A stretch of DNA of 64,000 nt. Origin: Candidatus Nanohaloarchaea archaeon. Its GTDB lineage: Archaea; Nanohalarchaeota; Nanosalinia; Nanosalinales; Nanosalinaceae. The notes below the pieces were generated by a model. It was not told where the DNA came from. It saw only the letters and a program-made list of their open reading frames with translations, and ran no database searches. Position numbers and translations under genes: made by a program. Within the stretch, counting starts at the first letter, position 1, and every line of letters begins with the position of its first letter. Location of the stretch: the NCBI GenBank assembly GCA_014297435.1, contig JACOQA010000001.1, positions 32,001 through 96,000 of the forward strand. The letters run 5' to 3'. Shown piece after piece: positions 29,959 to 40,340 of the stretch.

Positions 29959-30906
29959 ATGATTGAAGTTTGGACGGAAAAGTACAGACCTGACACACTT
30001 TCGGAAGTCGTCGGACAGGAAAAAATAGTAGACAGGCTTTCAGCCTTCGAAGACAGAGGTTCAATACCTCACCTAATGTTCACGGGTCCAGCAGGAACAG
30101 GAAAGACAACGTGCGCTATTGCATTAGCTAAGGATATCTACGGCGATGAATGGAAGCAAAACTTCATGGAGACAAACGCCTCAGATGAGAGAGGTATTGA
30201 TGTCGTAAGGGAGAAGATCAAAGACTTCGCACGTACAAAGGCAGTTAATGCCGAGTTCAAGATAATCTTTCTTGACGAAGCTGACGCACTCACTCAAGAT
30301 GCACAGCAAGCTTTGAGGAGAACTATGGAGCAGTTTTCGGAGAACTGCAGATTTATTCTCTCATGCAACTACTCGTCCAAAATTATCGATCCGATACAGT
30401 CCCGCTGCTCCGTCTTCCGCTTTAATAGGCTTGAAGAAGAAAAAGTAAAAGAATATATCAAGAGAATAGCAGAAAATGAAGGATTCAAGGTTTCCGAGGA
30501 GGCTGTTAACGCTGTCTTACGTGTTTCAGATGGTGATCTTAGAAGAGTTACCAACGTTCTACAGACAGCTTCGATGGAGAACGACAAGGTTGAGGAAGAT
30601 GACATTTACGGCGCTGCAGCATCTCTAAGACCTGAGGAAATTAATGAAGTCCTTGAAAAAGCTTTAGATGGGGAATTTATGGATGCACGTGATCAGCTTT
30701 CAGGACTTATGATTGATCGAGGGCTTGACGGACAGGACGTTATAAACGCGATCCATAGGGAGGTTCTTGATCTTGAAATCTCAGATGAAGGAAAACTTAG
30801 GATCATCGATAACTTGGGAGAGTTCGAGTTCAGAATTGCGGAAGGCGGATCAAGTGATATACAGATCGAAGCACTTCTAGCCAAAATCGCAGATCTCGAT
30901 GAGTAA
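29959..30906 (+). CDS. rfcS: Replication factor C small subunit
   Basis: WTEKYRP, GPAGTGKT, NASDERG, LDEAD, IQSRC. Confidence 0.97.
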   Translation: MIEVWTEKYRPDTLSEVVGQEKIVDRLSAFEDRGSIPHLMFTGPAGTGKTTCAIALAKDIYGDEWKQNFMETNASDERGIDVVREKIKDFARTKAVNAEFKIIFLDEADALTQDAQQALRRTMEQFSENCRFILSCNYSSKIIDPIQSRCSVFRFNRLEEEKVKEYIKRIAENEGFKVSEEAVNAVLRVSDGDLRRVTNVLQTASMENDKVEEDDIYGAAASLRPEEINEVLEKALDGEFMDARDQLSGLMIDRGLDGQDVINAIHREVLDLEISDEGKLRIIDNLGEFEFRIAEGGSSDIQIEALLAKIADLDE

Positions 30907-30912
30907 CTGACT

Positions 30913-32097
30913 ATGTGGGTAGAAAAGTATAGACCGGAAAGCCTCGATGAGTATCGAGGAGCGAAGAAAGAAAAGAAGAAGCTGAAAGAATGGGCGGAAG
31001 ACTGGGAAAAAGGCGATGGTCCTGCCATGCTTCACGGTCCGGCAGGAACAGGAAAAACCTCTCTTGTTGAAGCTCTGGCAAACGACCTTGATCTTGAAAT
31101 GGTCGAGACGAACGCCTCTGATGTTAGGACGAAGAAAAAACTGAAGAAGGAGTTGAAAGAGGCAACAAGACAAAAATCATTCTTTGGAGGTCAGAAGCTG
31201 ATTCTGATAGACGAAGTTGATGGAATGGGGTCAACTGACAGAGGCGGTACTCAAGAACTCAATAGAATTGTGGACGAAACACGTTTCCCAGTGGTTATGA
31301 CGGCTAACGATGCCTATGATTCAAAGATCCGTAGTCTAAAGAATAAATCTAAGATGATTGAGATAGGGAAAGTCCATACAAACTCGATTAATGCACATCT
31401 GAAGAAAATACTTGAAAACGAAGGTGTCGAGTATGAAGATGGCGCAGTAAAGCGTATCGCAAGACAGGCGAACGGGCAAATGCGCTCAGCTATAAATGAT
31501 CTTGAGGCGGCTGCTGCAGGACAGGAAGAACTAGCCAAAGATGATTTACAGGCGATAGGTGTAAGAGATAATGAACAGGAGATCTTTGATGCTTTGAAGA
31601 TGGTTTTTAAGACCGATAGCGCTTCTACAGCTAAGAGAGCTACTGATAACCTTGATGAGGACGCAGATACCTTCCTCCAATGGATAAGGGAGAACGTTCC
31701 ACGTGAATATGAAAGATCAGAAGATATCTCTTCTGCATATAACTGGGTTTCAAAAGCAGATATATTTAACGGAAGAATTCATATAAGGCAGAACTGGAAA
31801 CTGCTGAAATACGTCTATCTCTACTCTACAGTCGGAGTAGCGCTTTCGAAGCGGCAGAAATACAAAGGCTGGACTAAGTACCAGTATCCTTCAAAGATCC
31901 GGAAGATGGGCAGTTCGAAAGCAGCACGTAACCAGATGGACTCGGTTTCGAAGAAGATAGGTGAAAAACTACATATCTCCATGAGGGAGTCAAAGTCGAC
32001 AATTCCATTCCTTTCAAAGCTCATAGAACATGAACCAGAGGTGATAGATCAGTTAGAACTTGATGAGGATGATGTCGAGTTTATTGAGGAATTTTAA
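30913..32097 (+). CDS. rfcL: Replication factor C large subunit
   Basis: WVEKYRP, GPAGTGKT, NASDVR, IDEVDG; follows rfcS. Confidence 0.95.
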   Translation: MWVEKYRPESLDEYRGAKKEKKKLKEWAEDWEKGDGPAMLHGPAGTGKTSLVEALANDLDLEMVETNASDVRTKKKLKKELKEATRQKSFFGGQKLILIDEVDGMGSTDRGGTQELNRIVDETRFPVVMTANDAYDSKIRSLKNKSKMIEIGKVHTNSINAHLKKILENEGVEYEDGAVKRIARQANGQMRSAINDLEAAAAGQEELAKDDLQAIGVRDNEQEIFDALKMVFKTDSASTAKRATDNLDEDADTFLQWIRENVPREYERSEDISSAYNWVSKADIFNGRIHIRQNWKLLKYVYLYSTVGVALSKRQKYKGWTKYQYPSKIRKMGSSKAARNQMDSVSKKIGEKLHISMRESKSTIPFLSKLIEHEPEVIDQLELDEDDVEFIEEF

Positions 32098-32399
32098 CCT
32101 ATACATGTCATTTCAAGCCGCTCATCCACTTTAAACATAGTTACGTTATAGCAGCTCTTGTCGTCCCAGTACTTAACTGTCGTACTGTAAGACTCGAAGA
32201 AACCTACGGCTTTTTTGAAGTTCTTTCTTGCTTTGGGAGAAGTTCCAGCCTTTGCGGCTTCAGTTTTGACGGATGAGACTACATAAGCGGTATCATCTAT
32301 ACTGTAATCCTGTTTGTTTACCTCCGTGATTGTTGAGGCGACTCCTATAACGACGAGCCCGATTACTATCGAAGATATAAGCATAAACTGACCTTTCAT
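32094..32399 (-). CDS. Class III signal peptide protein (minor pilin-like)
   Basis: MKG|QFMLISSIVIGLVVIGV. Confidence 0.8.
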   Translation of the reverse strand: MKGQFMLISSIVIGLVVIGVASTITEVNKQDYSIDDTAYVVSSVKTEAAKAGTSPKARKNFKKAVGFFESYSTTVKYWDDKSCYNVTMFKVDERLEMTCIG

Positions 32400-34168
32400 C
32401 TAGTCCACCTTAAGGAGACTTTGTATGGAATATAGGTGGTGTCTGAGATCCCGCCCACCACTTTTGTTCCTATTGATGATGATTTTTCGGATCCAAATTG
32501 TTTGTTATGGCCCTCAAGCCAGTAGATCAGAGAGGATATAAGCTTGTAGTCTGCCTCATCGTAGTTCTGATAGTCAATTCTAACCAATTGTCCATTTTGA
32601 TCTTCAAAACTAGTTCTGTAATTAATCAGCTCTGCTTTGCCTTCAGGCATGAAATCAAACATTGCTACATCTCCATCCTCTAAACTCTGTGTGTCCGGGA
32701 AGAAAGCTCTGTAGCTTTTATTTTCGACTTCAAGCGTTTCGCCGTTCAAGTAAGGTCCTTCTCTTTCATCGCCGTAATCTCCATCCCTATCGAAGTCGAT
32801 GCTGAGGGCTCGGGCATTCTCTTCATTACAGACTGTTACTGAATTACCCATCTCCGTATTTATTACGTTATAACTTACGGTGCCAGGCTGCTGGTGGAGA
32901 GGGAACTCGAATGTACCTTCCGTGAATGCATCGGAACCGGTTGAATAGCACGCGGATTCAGGGTGTCCTGGATTAGTTTGGGGGTTGGCGGGTTGCATGT
33001 TCCAGTTTGTCGCGTTCCAATCATCGGTATCGTAGATTCTGTCGCTTGAAGTCATTAGCTGTTTCTGATCAAACATGGTTCCTGAGTTGGAGGCAACAAC
33101 TTTGCCTCCTGTGCGTAGCGAGATTTGGCTCGTATCGCCTTCTAGACCTTTGAAATAAGTCTCTATCTTCTCAGAGTTCCTTGAACCGGTGAATAGAGCG
33201 GAATCAACATTTTTTTCTTTAGACATATCGATCCATTTCAGTCCTGAATCATCCAAAAACCCCGTATTAAGTTCGGATCTCTCTATATCCATTAGAAGCA
33301 TTATTCGACCTCCGTTCTCTAGGTAATCCTTCAGCTTAGATCTGTAATTGTTTAGGTAGTCTTCAGATTCCCTACTGAAAACGAGCACATCATATATACT
33401 CAGGTCGGTGTTCAGTTTGGTCGTATCTACTCTCTGGGTTGTTCTTATGCCGTTAACATCTTCAGCTAAAACTTCTCGAATATCTGTAGGTATGTCCGCT
33501 CTATGGAGCACCATTTGGTTCTGGTCAAGTTTTTTGATGTCAAAGGAACGGTCAGTCGGACCTGTCCATTCGAATATCTCGTCAAGGTAATAAGGTCCTT
33601 CGGATGTAGAGAACTGGCATGTAGACTGGTTGTCAATCCATAGAGAGTCGTAGTCTAGCGTATTATCGAAACCTCCGGTTACATCCGGGTCCGTGTCCGC
33701 AACGTAGATTCTTTCACCGTACTTCCCGGAGTTCTCCTGGACGGTTCTTAGTATCGGCTCCTTTGTCTCGATCTCTTCCAGATCGTCCGAGCACTGATCT
33801 CCATTTTCGACTCTTTCGAGATCAAAAGGTTGAGAGCCAGGAACATTGGAGCTGGTGTTGAACCCTATAGTTGATTCCTTGAGCGGCAGGTTTTCTACTG
33901 TCCCCGATACTTTTAGTTGTTCAGAGCTCAGTTCTTCGACCGCATACTGCAAAGACTCGGTATCATCTCTCTTCATGAAGCTTTGCATATCGCCAGTGAT
34001 CTTCAGGGTCTGACCGAGATCGTTTGCAGTTGTTTCTATCTGAAAGTTCGACCAGTTCTGCGAAGGCTCGGGCGCAGTGTTCCCTAGTGCAAAGATGAAT
34101 AGTGTGATTATCGCAAGCATGGCTTCTATGATGTAGCCCACTCCTTTCCGTTTCTTACCTATCACCAT
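32396..34168 (-). CDS. Large class III signal peptide protein (pilus-associated)
   Basis: KKRKG|VGYIIEAMLAIITLFIFAL followed by a ~560-aa extracellular region. Confidence 0.8.
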   Translation of the reverse strand: MVIGKKRKGVGYIIEAMLAIITLFIFALGNTAPEPSQNWSNFQIETTANDLGQTLKITGDMQSFMKRDDTESLQYAVEELSSEQLKVSGTVENLPLKESTIGFNTSSNVPGSQPFDLERVENGDQCSDDLEEIETKEPILRTVQENSGKYGERIYVADTDPDVTGGFDNTLDYDSLWIDNQSTCQFSTSEGPYYLDEIFEWTGPTDRSFDIKKLDQNQMVLHRADIPTDIREVLAEDVNGIRTTQRVDTTKLNTDLSIYDVLVFSRESEDYLNNYRSKLKDYLENGGRIMLLMDIERSELNTGFLDDSGLKWIDMSKEKNVDSALFTGSRNSEKIETYFKGLEGDTSQISLRTGGKVVASNSGTMFDQKQLMTSSDRIYDTDDWNATNWNMQPANPQTNPGHPESACYSTGSDAFTEGTFEFPLHQQPGTVSYNVINTEMGNSVTVCNEENARALSIDFDRDGDYGDEREGPYLNGETLEVENKSYRAFFPDTQSLEDGDVAMFDFMPEGKAELINYRTSFEDQNGQLVRIDYQNYDEADYKLISSLIYWLEGHNKQFGSEKSSSIGTKVVGGISDTTYIPYKVSLRWTR

Positions 34169-34989
34169 GTCCACACCTCGATTCTTATCGGTTCCTCCTC
34201 CAATGAGGCGAATCGTTGGAACTTTACCACCGATGAACTCGTGTCGATTCGGGCTCCGAACGTCTTGAGATGGTCTTCTAACAGTAAAAGCGAACCTTGG
34301 TTGTCTGCTCTGTTTTGAAAGCTTTCAATAGTGTAGCCAGTTTTGTAAATTTCCTGACCTCTCTCGAACCGAGCGGCTGTATCAAAATCCCAATCATCTA
34401 TACTAGCATAAATAGCGTCATAAACCCCATCATGTGCTGTGACAAGGAAGTGATAGTCGACACCTTCTAGGTCTGCGATACCGTACCGAACCTTGTTATC
34501 GGCGCTCGTATAAACAGGGTCGTTAGGTTCGTCAATATCAGGGTTTGATGGAGGATCGCCTCTCGTGAAGCTTCTATTGGTGTCTATAGTCGGTCTCCAG
34601 GTGAACCTGAACCTGAACTGGTTCTTGATACCCATCAAATCCCTGAATGTGGAGTAGTTGAGTCTCTTATCGGTAAAGTTAACTGATGCAAGTCTTCTGA
34701 TCTTTTCTCTTTCCAGTTGAAGGAAGCTATTCGCAAGCCCGAAGCTTTCAATATTTCTTAAGGTCGAGGGGTTTTTCTCCCAGTCGGAGCCTCCTGAACC
34801 GAAGGAGTGGCTTCCCGGTGCTGAAAGTATTACATCCATAACGCTTTTTGCTTCGAGGTTTAAACCTGATTTGTCGGCCTGATCGCTGTAGGAGGGAAGA
34901 AGGGTGGATGCAGATGTTATCAGAACGCCTACAGCTATCAGATAAAGTAATGCCGAGGCGAGAAATTCGATATTTATTTGTCCTTTCAT
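34162..34989 (-). CDS. Class III signal peptide protein (minor pilin-like)
   Basis: MKG|QINIEFLASALLYLIAVG, with Glu at +5. Confidence 0.82.
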   Translation of the reverse strand: MKGQINIEFLASALLYLIAVGVLITSASTLLPSYSDQADKSGLNLEAKSVMDVILSAPGSHSFGSGGSDWEKNPSTLRNIESFGLANSFLQLEREKIRRLASVNFTDKRLNYSTFRDLMGIKNQFRFRFTWRPTIDTNRSFTRGDPPSNPDIDEPNDPVYTSADNKVRYGIADLEGVDYHFLVTAHDGVYDAIYASIDDWDFDTAARFERGQEIYKTGYTIESFQNRADNQGSLLLLEDHLKTFGARIDTSSSVVKFQRFASLEEEPIRIEVWTW

Positions 34990-34990
34990 C

Positions 34991-36013
34991 TTAGACCCCC
35001 GAGAGACCTACCATGTACATGAATACTAAGAATGCTATTGGGATCATCACAAGAGCGTGTTTTACGCCTGCGGAGGGACTTCCTTCTCCAATTTGTCCGG
35101 CTACTGCGCCTGTACATATTCCTTGAACCATAAGCATCGCAAAGAGAAGAGATTTGTAGTAAGCCATAGCTCCGTACTTGAATTTTTGCGCTGTCTGACT
35201 CGTGAATGATTCCAGGGTGTTGGGGACGAAGCCGAACACTCTCGCCATCTCGCACATAGGCTGAGCGTAGCTTATGCCGCCGCTACAGTAATTAGGAGAG
35301 CCTCCTGAACCGCCTAGGAACTCTGTGTTCTGTAATGCGCCCTGACCCGGGTTTCCAAGACCTAGAAGCTGCGAAAGCATGTAATAAATACCTACTGTAA
35401 TTCCAATGAACAGGAAGTATATAACGTACATAATGAAAATCTGCTGCTTGATCTTCGAGTTCTTTTCTTGAATAACTTCTTTCAACTGCGCTGAGTCCTC
35501 TGCAATAGACTCTAAAGTCTTTGTGATGTTGCCTCCACTCTTGAAACTCTGTAAAAGAATAGAGATCGACTCCTGGATAACGGCAGATTCATCCATTCTT
35601 TTAGAGAAACGATCCATGACCTCTGGAAAAGGAACTCCCCAGGTAAGTTCGTTATGAATCTGTTCAATTTCTTTGTTCAAACGACCGTAATCTGTTTCTT
35701 TTGCCGAATCAAAGGATTGAATGATTGTCATTCCGCCTCTCTTCGATTCTGCAAGATCCTTAAGGAAAGAAGGGAATTGATCTTCTACTTCTCTGATCGC
35801 CCTGTTTTTGAGGAAAGATATTATGCCGTATGGAAGTATTGAGACGATTAAACCTAGTATAAGTATAGATCCTCCTATCTGTTGAAGTCCAGATATGTAA
35901 GAGATGATTCCGAGAAATACGAGGAAAGCTCCGGCGATTATCGAACCAAGGATTATCTTGTCCTCGGTTGAACGACCCTTCTGCAGTTTTTCCTCCTTGA
36001 AGAATTCTAACAC
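34991..36013 (-). CDS. Type IV pilus platform protein (T2SS F / TadC-like)
   Basis: EDQFPSFLKDLAES, LTWGVPF, SGGNI; TM helices. Confidence 0.9.
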   Translation of the reverse strand: MLEFFKEEKLQKGRSTEDKIILGSIIAGAFLVFLGIISYISGLQQIGGSILILGLIVSILPYGIISFLKNRAIREVEDQFPSFLKDLAESKRGGMTIIQSFDSAKETDYGRLNKEIEQIHNELTWGVPFPEVMDRFSKRMDESAVIQESISILLQSFKSGGNITKTLESIAEDSAQLKEVIQEKNSKIKQQIFIMYVIYFLFIGITVGIYYMLSQLLGLGNPGQGALQNTEFLGGSGGSPNYCSGGISYAQPMCEMARVFGFVPNTLESFTSQTAQKFKYGAMAYYKSLLFAMLMVQGICTGAVAGQIGEGSPSAGVKHALVMIPIAFLVFMYMVGLSGV

Positions 36014-36017
36014 GTTA

Positions 36018-36890
36018 TCACCTTATGCCTCCGGGCGCCATACCCTTAACCATCAGTATGAACATGCCTGAGATTATGGGAAGACCGAAAAATATTGCAG
36101 CCATCTGGATAAGGACAATTTTTGAACCGCCAATATTAGTAAATGAGCTCATTACGACGCTCATTGAGGTAAAAACAATAGATCCTACAATTACTACTGT
36201 AATATACATTTCTACGACAAGTGAAAGTTCTTCAGCGAATGACTCAACTCTTCTTTGATAGTCGTTCATTAGAGTCTTGGCTCTTTCCTGTAAGAAAGCT
36301 CTAAGAGATCCTCCGGAGGTAAGTGAGTGGTTGATTCCCCAGAGTAGTTCCTCGAAATCATCGCTCGGTGTTCTATCTGCAGCACGTTCAAGCGCTTCAG
36401 AAACATCCATTCCAAAGTTGTCTATGTCTCTGCTTATCTTCTCAGCTTCCTTCGATACTTCCCCATACTCTCCTGTAGAGGAAAGGATTTTGAAGAGCTC
36501 GGATATGTCTGTACCGGTTCCGGCAAGCGTTGACATGTACATGGTAGCGAAAGGTAGAGTGTCTCTGATCTTTGAAGCTCTCTGTTTCTTAAGCACTGAG
36601 GGGTATAGGTAGAAGAAGACTAAGCTTCCTGCTGAGATTAGTATCGAAAGAACCAGACCTATAATTATGCCAGAAGGTCCTGAAACAAGAGTCAGAGGTA
36701 TGCCAAGCACGAAAAGACTGAATACAAAGCTCATCAGAGTCGAGAAAAACATCATGCTGAGGTACTCTGGCAGCGAAATCTCTATATTAGCCTTGGCTAG
36801 TTGAGGTCTTAATTCCTCAAACGTCTCGACGTAGTCAAGGGTGTAAGTACCTATTTGATCGTAGCAGAAGTTTGCGTACTTCTCTAGCAT
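36018..36890 (-). CDS. Type IV pilus platform protein (T2SS F / TadB-like)
   Basis: LPFATMYMSTLAGTG, YGEVSKE, RTPSDDF, SGGSL. Confidence 0.9.
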   Translation of the reverse strand: MLEKYANFCYDQIGTYTLDYVETFEELRPQLAKANIEISLPEYLSMMFFSTLMSFVFSLFVLGIPLTLVSGPSGIIIGLVLSILISAGSLVFFYLYPSVLKKQRASKIRDTLPFATMYMSTLAGTGTDISELFKILSSTGEYGEVSKEAEKISRDIDNFGMDVSEALERAADRTPSDDFEELLWGINHSLTSGGSLRAFLQERAKTLMNDYQRRVESFAEELSLVVEMYITVVIVGSIVFTSMSVVMSSFTNIGGSKIVLIQMAAIFFGLPIISGMFILMVKGMAPGGIR

Positions 36891-38599
36891 CAGTTTCCAA
36901 TTCCTATTTCGGTATGCTCAGAATTTAAGCTTTCCCCGACCTCTTCTAGAATAGACTGAGGGTCAGAGTAATAACGTGATATAATATCGCCTACATCGCG
37001 ATAATGCTTTTTCTGTTCGTCTTGCATCCATTTGAGCACATGTTGTCTTCTCTTTAGCTCTTCCTGGATTTTTTGTTCATCTCCACCAGTTTCTTCCACA
37101 ATTTCCTCTAGAAGAAGGGAATTGTTTTCTATCTGGTAGGTATCACTCTTAGAGTCCCATCCAAATACTTTGTTAGCATCTATACCAGTTCTCTTGTTGT
37201 ATTCTTCTACTTCATAGATTCCGGTTATTCTTCTGATGTACTTGTTCCCTCTTCTAATACGTTTGATAAGCATGATCGCGTCCAAGGTCTCGATCAGAGA
37301 AGGCGATAGGTTGATCGGGTTAGTAGTAAGACGGTCCATAAGCATGTCAAGAGAGTCGGCGTGGATTGTAGAGAGACCTGTGTGTCCGGTTGCCATCTGC
37401 TGGAATAGGATGTAGGCTTCCTCACCACGGACCTCACCGACAATAATGTATTCGGGTCTCTGACGTAGAGACTCCTTCAATAGGTCGTCCATTGAAACCT
37501 CTCCCCCTTCCTCAACGCTTGAGCCGAATCCTGATCGCGCTACCTCGGGAACCCAGTGGTCGTGTGGAAGTCTTAGCTCCGGTGTGTCCTCGATGGATAC
37601 AATCTTCTTCTCAGGTCTAATGAATAGTGAGAGGGCGTTAAGCTGTGATGTTTTTCCGGCACCTGTGGTTCCACATACTAGAACAGATTTTTCGTGCTCA
37701 ATAAGTGTCCATAGGTAGGACAGCATTCTCGCATTTTCGGTTTCGAAGTCCATCATGTGGATAGGTGTTAATGGATCTTCTGTGAACCGTCTGATAGTGA
37801 AGTTTGAGCCTTTTCTTGCGATGTCGGTGGCTAAAGTTGCCTGAACACGTGAACCGTCTGGTAATGATCCGTCAAGCAATGGTTGGGATACGGAGATTGA
37901 TCTTCCACATCTCTGTGCTAATTTCATAACGAAAGAATCCAGTTTGTCGGTATCTTCCCATACAATATCTGTCTTAACGGATCCGAATTTGGGGTTTCTG
38001 TGGTAGGCGTATACGGGAATGTTTGTACCGTCACAGGAGATATCCTCGACCTCGGTATCATTCATTAGAGGTTGGAGCTTTCCTAGTCCGGCAAAATCTC
38101 TCTTTGCATAGTATCGGATGATTTCTCTCTGCCTGTCGCTCAATGATATCTCATATTTATCGACAATTTGATCCATTCGTTCTTCTAGGTAATCTTCAGC
38201 TTCCTCTGTTTCTAGATCTGTGAAATCTAGATTAAAGCTTCTTTCTAATATTTCCTTTATTTTAGTGAGTATTCTCTCTGTTTCAGGCGTTAGTTCGGGT
38301 TCGATAACCCTGTATATTAGCTCTCCCGCATCATCGTCCCAAGTTATGTGTGCCCAGGCGTATACCATTTCGCCTTCTTCCGGGTCTTCCGGTACGAGAG
38401 GATAGGTTATGTTCACGTCTGAAAGACCTTCCTCGGTTCCTTCTTCATCGTCTTCCATTGATTCCCGAAATCTTCCGGGTGTTGGTACTTCTATTCCTCT
38501 AGAAGGTCCGGTGTCTTTCTCTTCTTCCTCTTCTTCGAACTGTTCGGGGTGTTTTATTTTTCTAAGTTTTTCCGCAAGACTCAGGAACTTGTAACTCAT
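36890..38599 (-). CDS. Type II/IV secretion ATPase (VirB11/PilB/FlaI family)
   Basis: EDISCDG, GTTGAGKT, SIEDTPE, LRQRPEYIIVGEVRG, TGHTGLSTIHA. Confidence 0.95.
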   Translation of the reverse strand: MSYKFLSLAEKLRKIKHPEQFEEEEEEKDTGPSRGIEVPTPGRFRESMEDDEEGTEEGLSDVNITYPLVPEDPEEGEMVYAWAHITWDDDAGELIYRVIEPELTPETERILTKIKEILERSFNLDFTDLETEEAEDYLEERMDQIVDKYEISLSDRQREIIRYYAKRDFAGLGKLQPLMNDTEVEDISCDGTNIPVYAYHRNPKFGSVKTDIVWEDTDKLDSFVMKLAQRCGRSISVSQPLLDGSLPDGSRVQATLATDIARKGSNFTIRRFTEDPLTPIHMMDFETENARMLSYLWTLIEHEKSVLVCGTTGAGKTSQLNALSLFIRPEKKIVSIEDTPELRLPHDHWVPEVARSGFGSSVEEGGEVSMDDLLKESLRQRPEYIIVGEVRGEEAYILFQQMATGHTGLSTIHADSLDMLMDRLTTNPINLSPSLIETLDAIMLIKRIRRGNKYIRRITGIYEVEEYNKRTGIDANKVFGWDSKSDTYQIENNSLLLEEIVEETGGDEQKIQEELKRRQHVLKWMQDEQKKHYRDVGDIISRYYSDPQSILEEVGESLNSEHTEIGIGN

Positions 38600-38994
38600 T
38601 AGTTAGACCTCAAAGAGATTTTGTTTCCCTGTTTGAAGATTTTTACGCTACCTCCAGGGCTTGATCCCTGAAGATCGTAAATCGCATCTAGACTTTCTAT
38701 ACCTACCGAATAATTTCTGAAGTTAGTGAAGACATATATTTGATCCTTTAAACCAAGTCTGTAAGTCCCTCCGGCTATTCTATCTGGTAAATCAACTGTT
38801 TTTGAGCCATTGGTGTTTTGCAGACTTATCATGGAACGTTTTACGTTGTTTGCGATATTGATTGACTGTTTTTCTCTCGTTGTATCAAAAGCTTCTTTCT
38901 TGTACTGATTGATTATTGTTATGCTTCCGACGGCTATCATAACTCCCATTCCAAATGTCAAAACTGATTCAACTGCAAGATATTGTCCTTTAAT
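38599..38994 (-). CDS. Class III signal peptide protein, probable ATT start
   Basis: In-frame extension ATT AAA GGA CAA TAT CTT GCA GTT GAA = xKG|QYLAVE..., 7 nt after GGTGA SD. Confidence 0.78.
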   Translation of the reverse strand: MKGQYLAVESVLTFGMGVMIAVGSITIINQYKKEAFDTTREKQSINIANNVKRSMISLQNTNGSKTVDLPDRIAGGTYRLGLKDQIYVFTNFRNYSVGIESLDAIYDLQGSSPGGSVKIFKQGNKISLRSN

Positions 38995-39001
38995 GAGTTC
39001 T

Positions 39002-39676
39002 TCACCTGAAGCTTATCCGGATATTTGTATTTTTACGTCTGAGTTTTTCGCCTGAAGGCAGCTCTACTCTCTCGTCGCCCTCTTCCCAGACTGTGCCTTG
39101 GTTTGCTATTCTTATTGTGGCTTCGCCGGCTGAAAAGCTCTGTCCTTGAGAGGTAATATTTACTTTTTCTAGAACTGTAGAGGTTGTTGTTTCAGCCTTC
39201 AGATTTCTGAATTCGATTCTATACTCCATTACAGCGCTTCCAGGACCTCCTGCAGGTTTCACTCCTATAACGCCTGGTCTTTCGTTCCCTTTCAAACCAA
39301 ATGGTCCTGAGCCAAAGCTGAGTCCTTGAAGGCTCTTGCCTTGAATTAAAGTCCAGGTATCAAGTGCGTAAGGCGGGTTATCGGCGTTAGTAGTGATCTG
39401 GATGAAGTTTTCTGATTCGTTTATTGAAATTCTGAAATTCCTAGAGTTAGAGACTGATTCGCCCAAAGTCAATACCTCTGCTGTGCCTGTACCTTCATCA
39501 CTTACTCTGTTAATCTCGCGGTACAGGTCTACTATTTCATTCTCCACGTTATTGAGTTCCGATTCGCTCTGTGATTTCTCAAGGAGTGGTGTGCCCCAAA
39601 CATACGCGGATGCAACTGAGCCTATAACCACAGAAGTTATCAGGACTGCAGTGACTGCTTGGGTCTGTCCCTTCAT
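39002..39676 (-). CDS. Class III signal peptide protein (minor pilin-like)
   Basis: MKG|QTQAVTAVLITSVVIGSVASAYVWGTP. Confidence 0.82.
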   Translation of the reverse strand: MKGQTQAVTAVLITSVVIGSVASAYVWGTPLLEKSQSESELNNVENEIVDLYREINRVSDEGTGTAEVLTLGESVSNSRNFRISINESENFIQITTNADNPPYALDTWTLIQGKSLQGLSFGSGPFGLKGNERPGVIGVKPAGGPGSAVMEYRIEFRNLKAETTTSTVLEKVNITSQGQSFSAGEATIRIANQGTVWEEGDERVELPSGEKLRRKNTNIRISFR

Positions 39677-39728
39677 AACTTAATATGCTAAGAAGTTAGA
39701 ATATAAAGGAAAGGGAGTTAGGACCTGT

Positions 39729-40292
39729 CTAGCAGGTCGTTGATCCGGAGCTCTGAGGCGAGCAAGTATGCTCCCAAGTGAATCCGCTGACATCGTCATA
39801 GTTGATTTGGACTGTCAGCTGGCTTGTTGGCTTCGGGAATTTGAAACCTGTGTCACAAGTGTAGGTTTCTGATTCGTTCAGCACACCATTAGTCAGGTCA
39901 TCTGAGCCCATTTGGAAACACTCAGTATCTGTTGTATCTCCTGCCGCCCAGAACTGGCTGTAACCTGAGTCGTCCCGTATCACATCCCATGGTAAGGCGC
40001 TTTGTTCTCCTTCCGGTATCGCGTATAATGAAACTTCTTGTGAAAGGTTAACAGCTCTTGAACCAGTGTTAGCTATGTTTATCTTGATACTTTGGTCGTC
40101 CGAGTCTTCATAAACGGATCTGTATGTCAGACCGGTGTTGCTGGCCTTTTGTCTGGCCTCTAACTGCTGGACGTTGTCTTGTCCCTGTCCTGCAAGTTGT
40201 TGGTAGAGTCCCCACGCTGAGGCTACTGCGCCTACGGTGATTAAAAGTAATAGTACAACTGCGATTACGGGTGTAATACCTTTTCGTTTCAT
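39729..40292 (-). CDS. Archaeal type IV pilin (probable major pilin)
   Basis: MKRKG|ITPVIAVVLLLLITVGAV, a canonical pilin/archaellin N-terminus; own AT-rich upstream region; four Cys. Confidence 0.9.
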   Translation of the reverse strand: MKRKGITPVIAVVLLLLITVGAVASAWGLYQQLAGQGQDNVQQLEARQKASNTGLTYRSVYEDSDDQSIKINIANTGSRAVNLSQEVSLYAIPEGEQSALPWDVIRDDSGYSQFWAAGDTTDTECFQMGSDDLTNGVLNESETYTCDTGFKFPKPTSQLTVQINYDDVSGFTWEHTCSPQSSGSTTC

Positions 40293-40340
40293 GATTATTA
40301 TCCTCTTGTCATGAGTTTATGATTAAACTGTTTAAATAAT

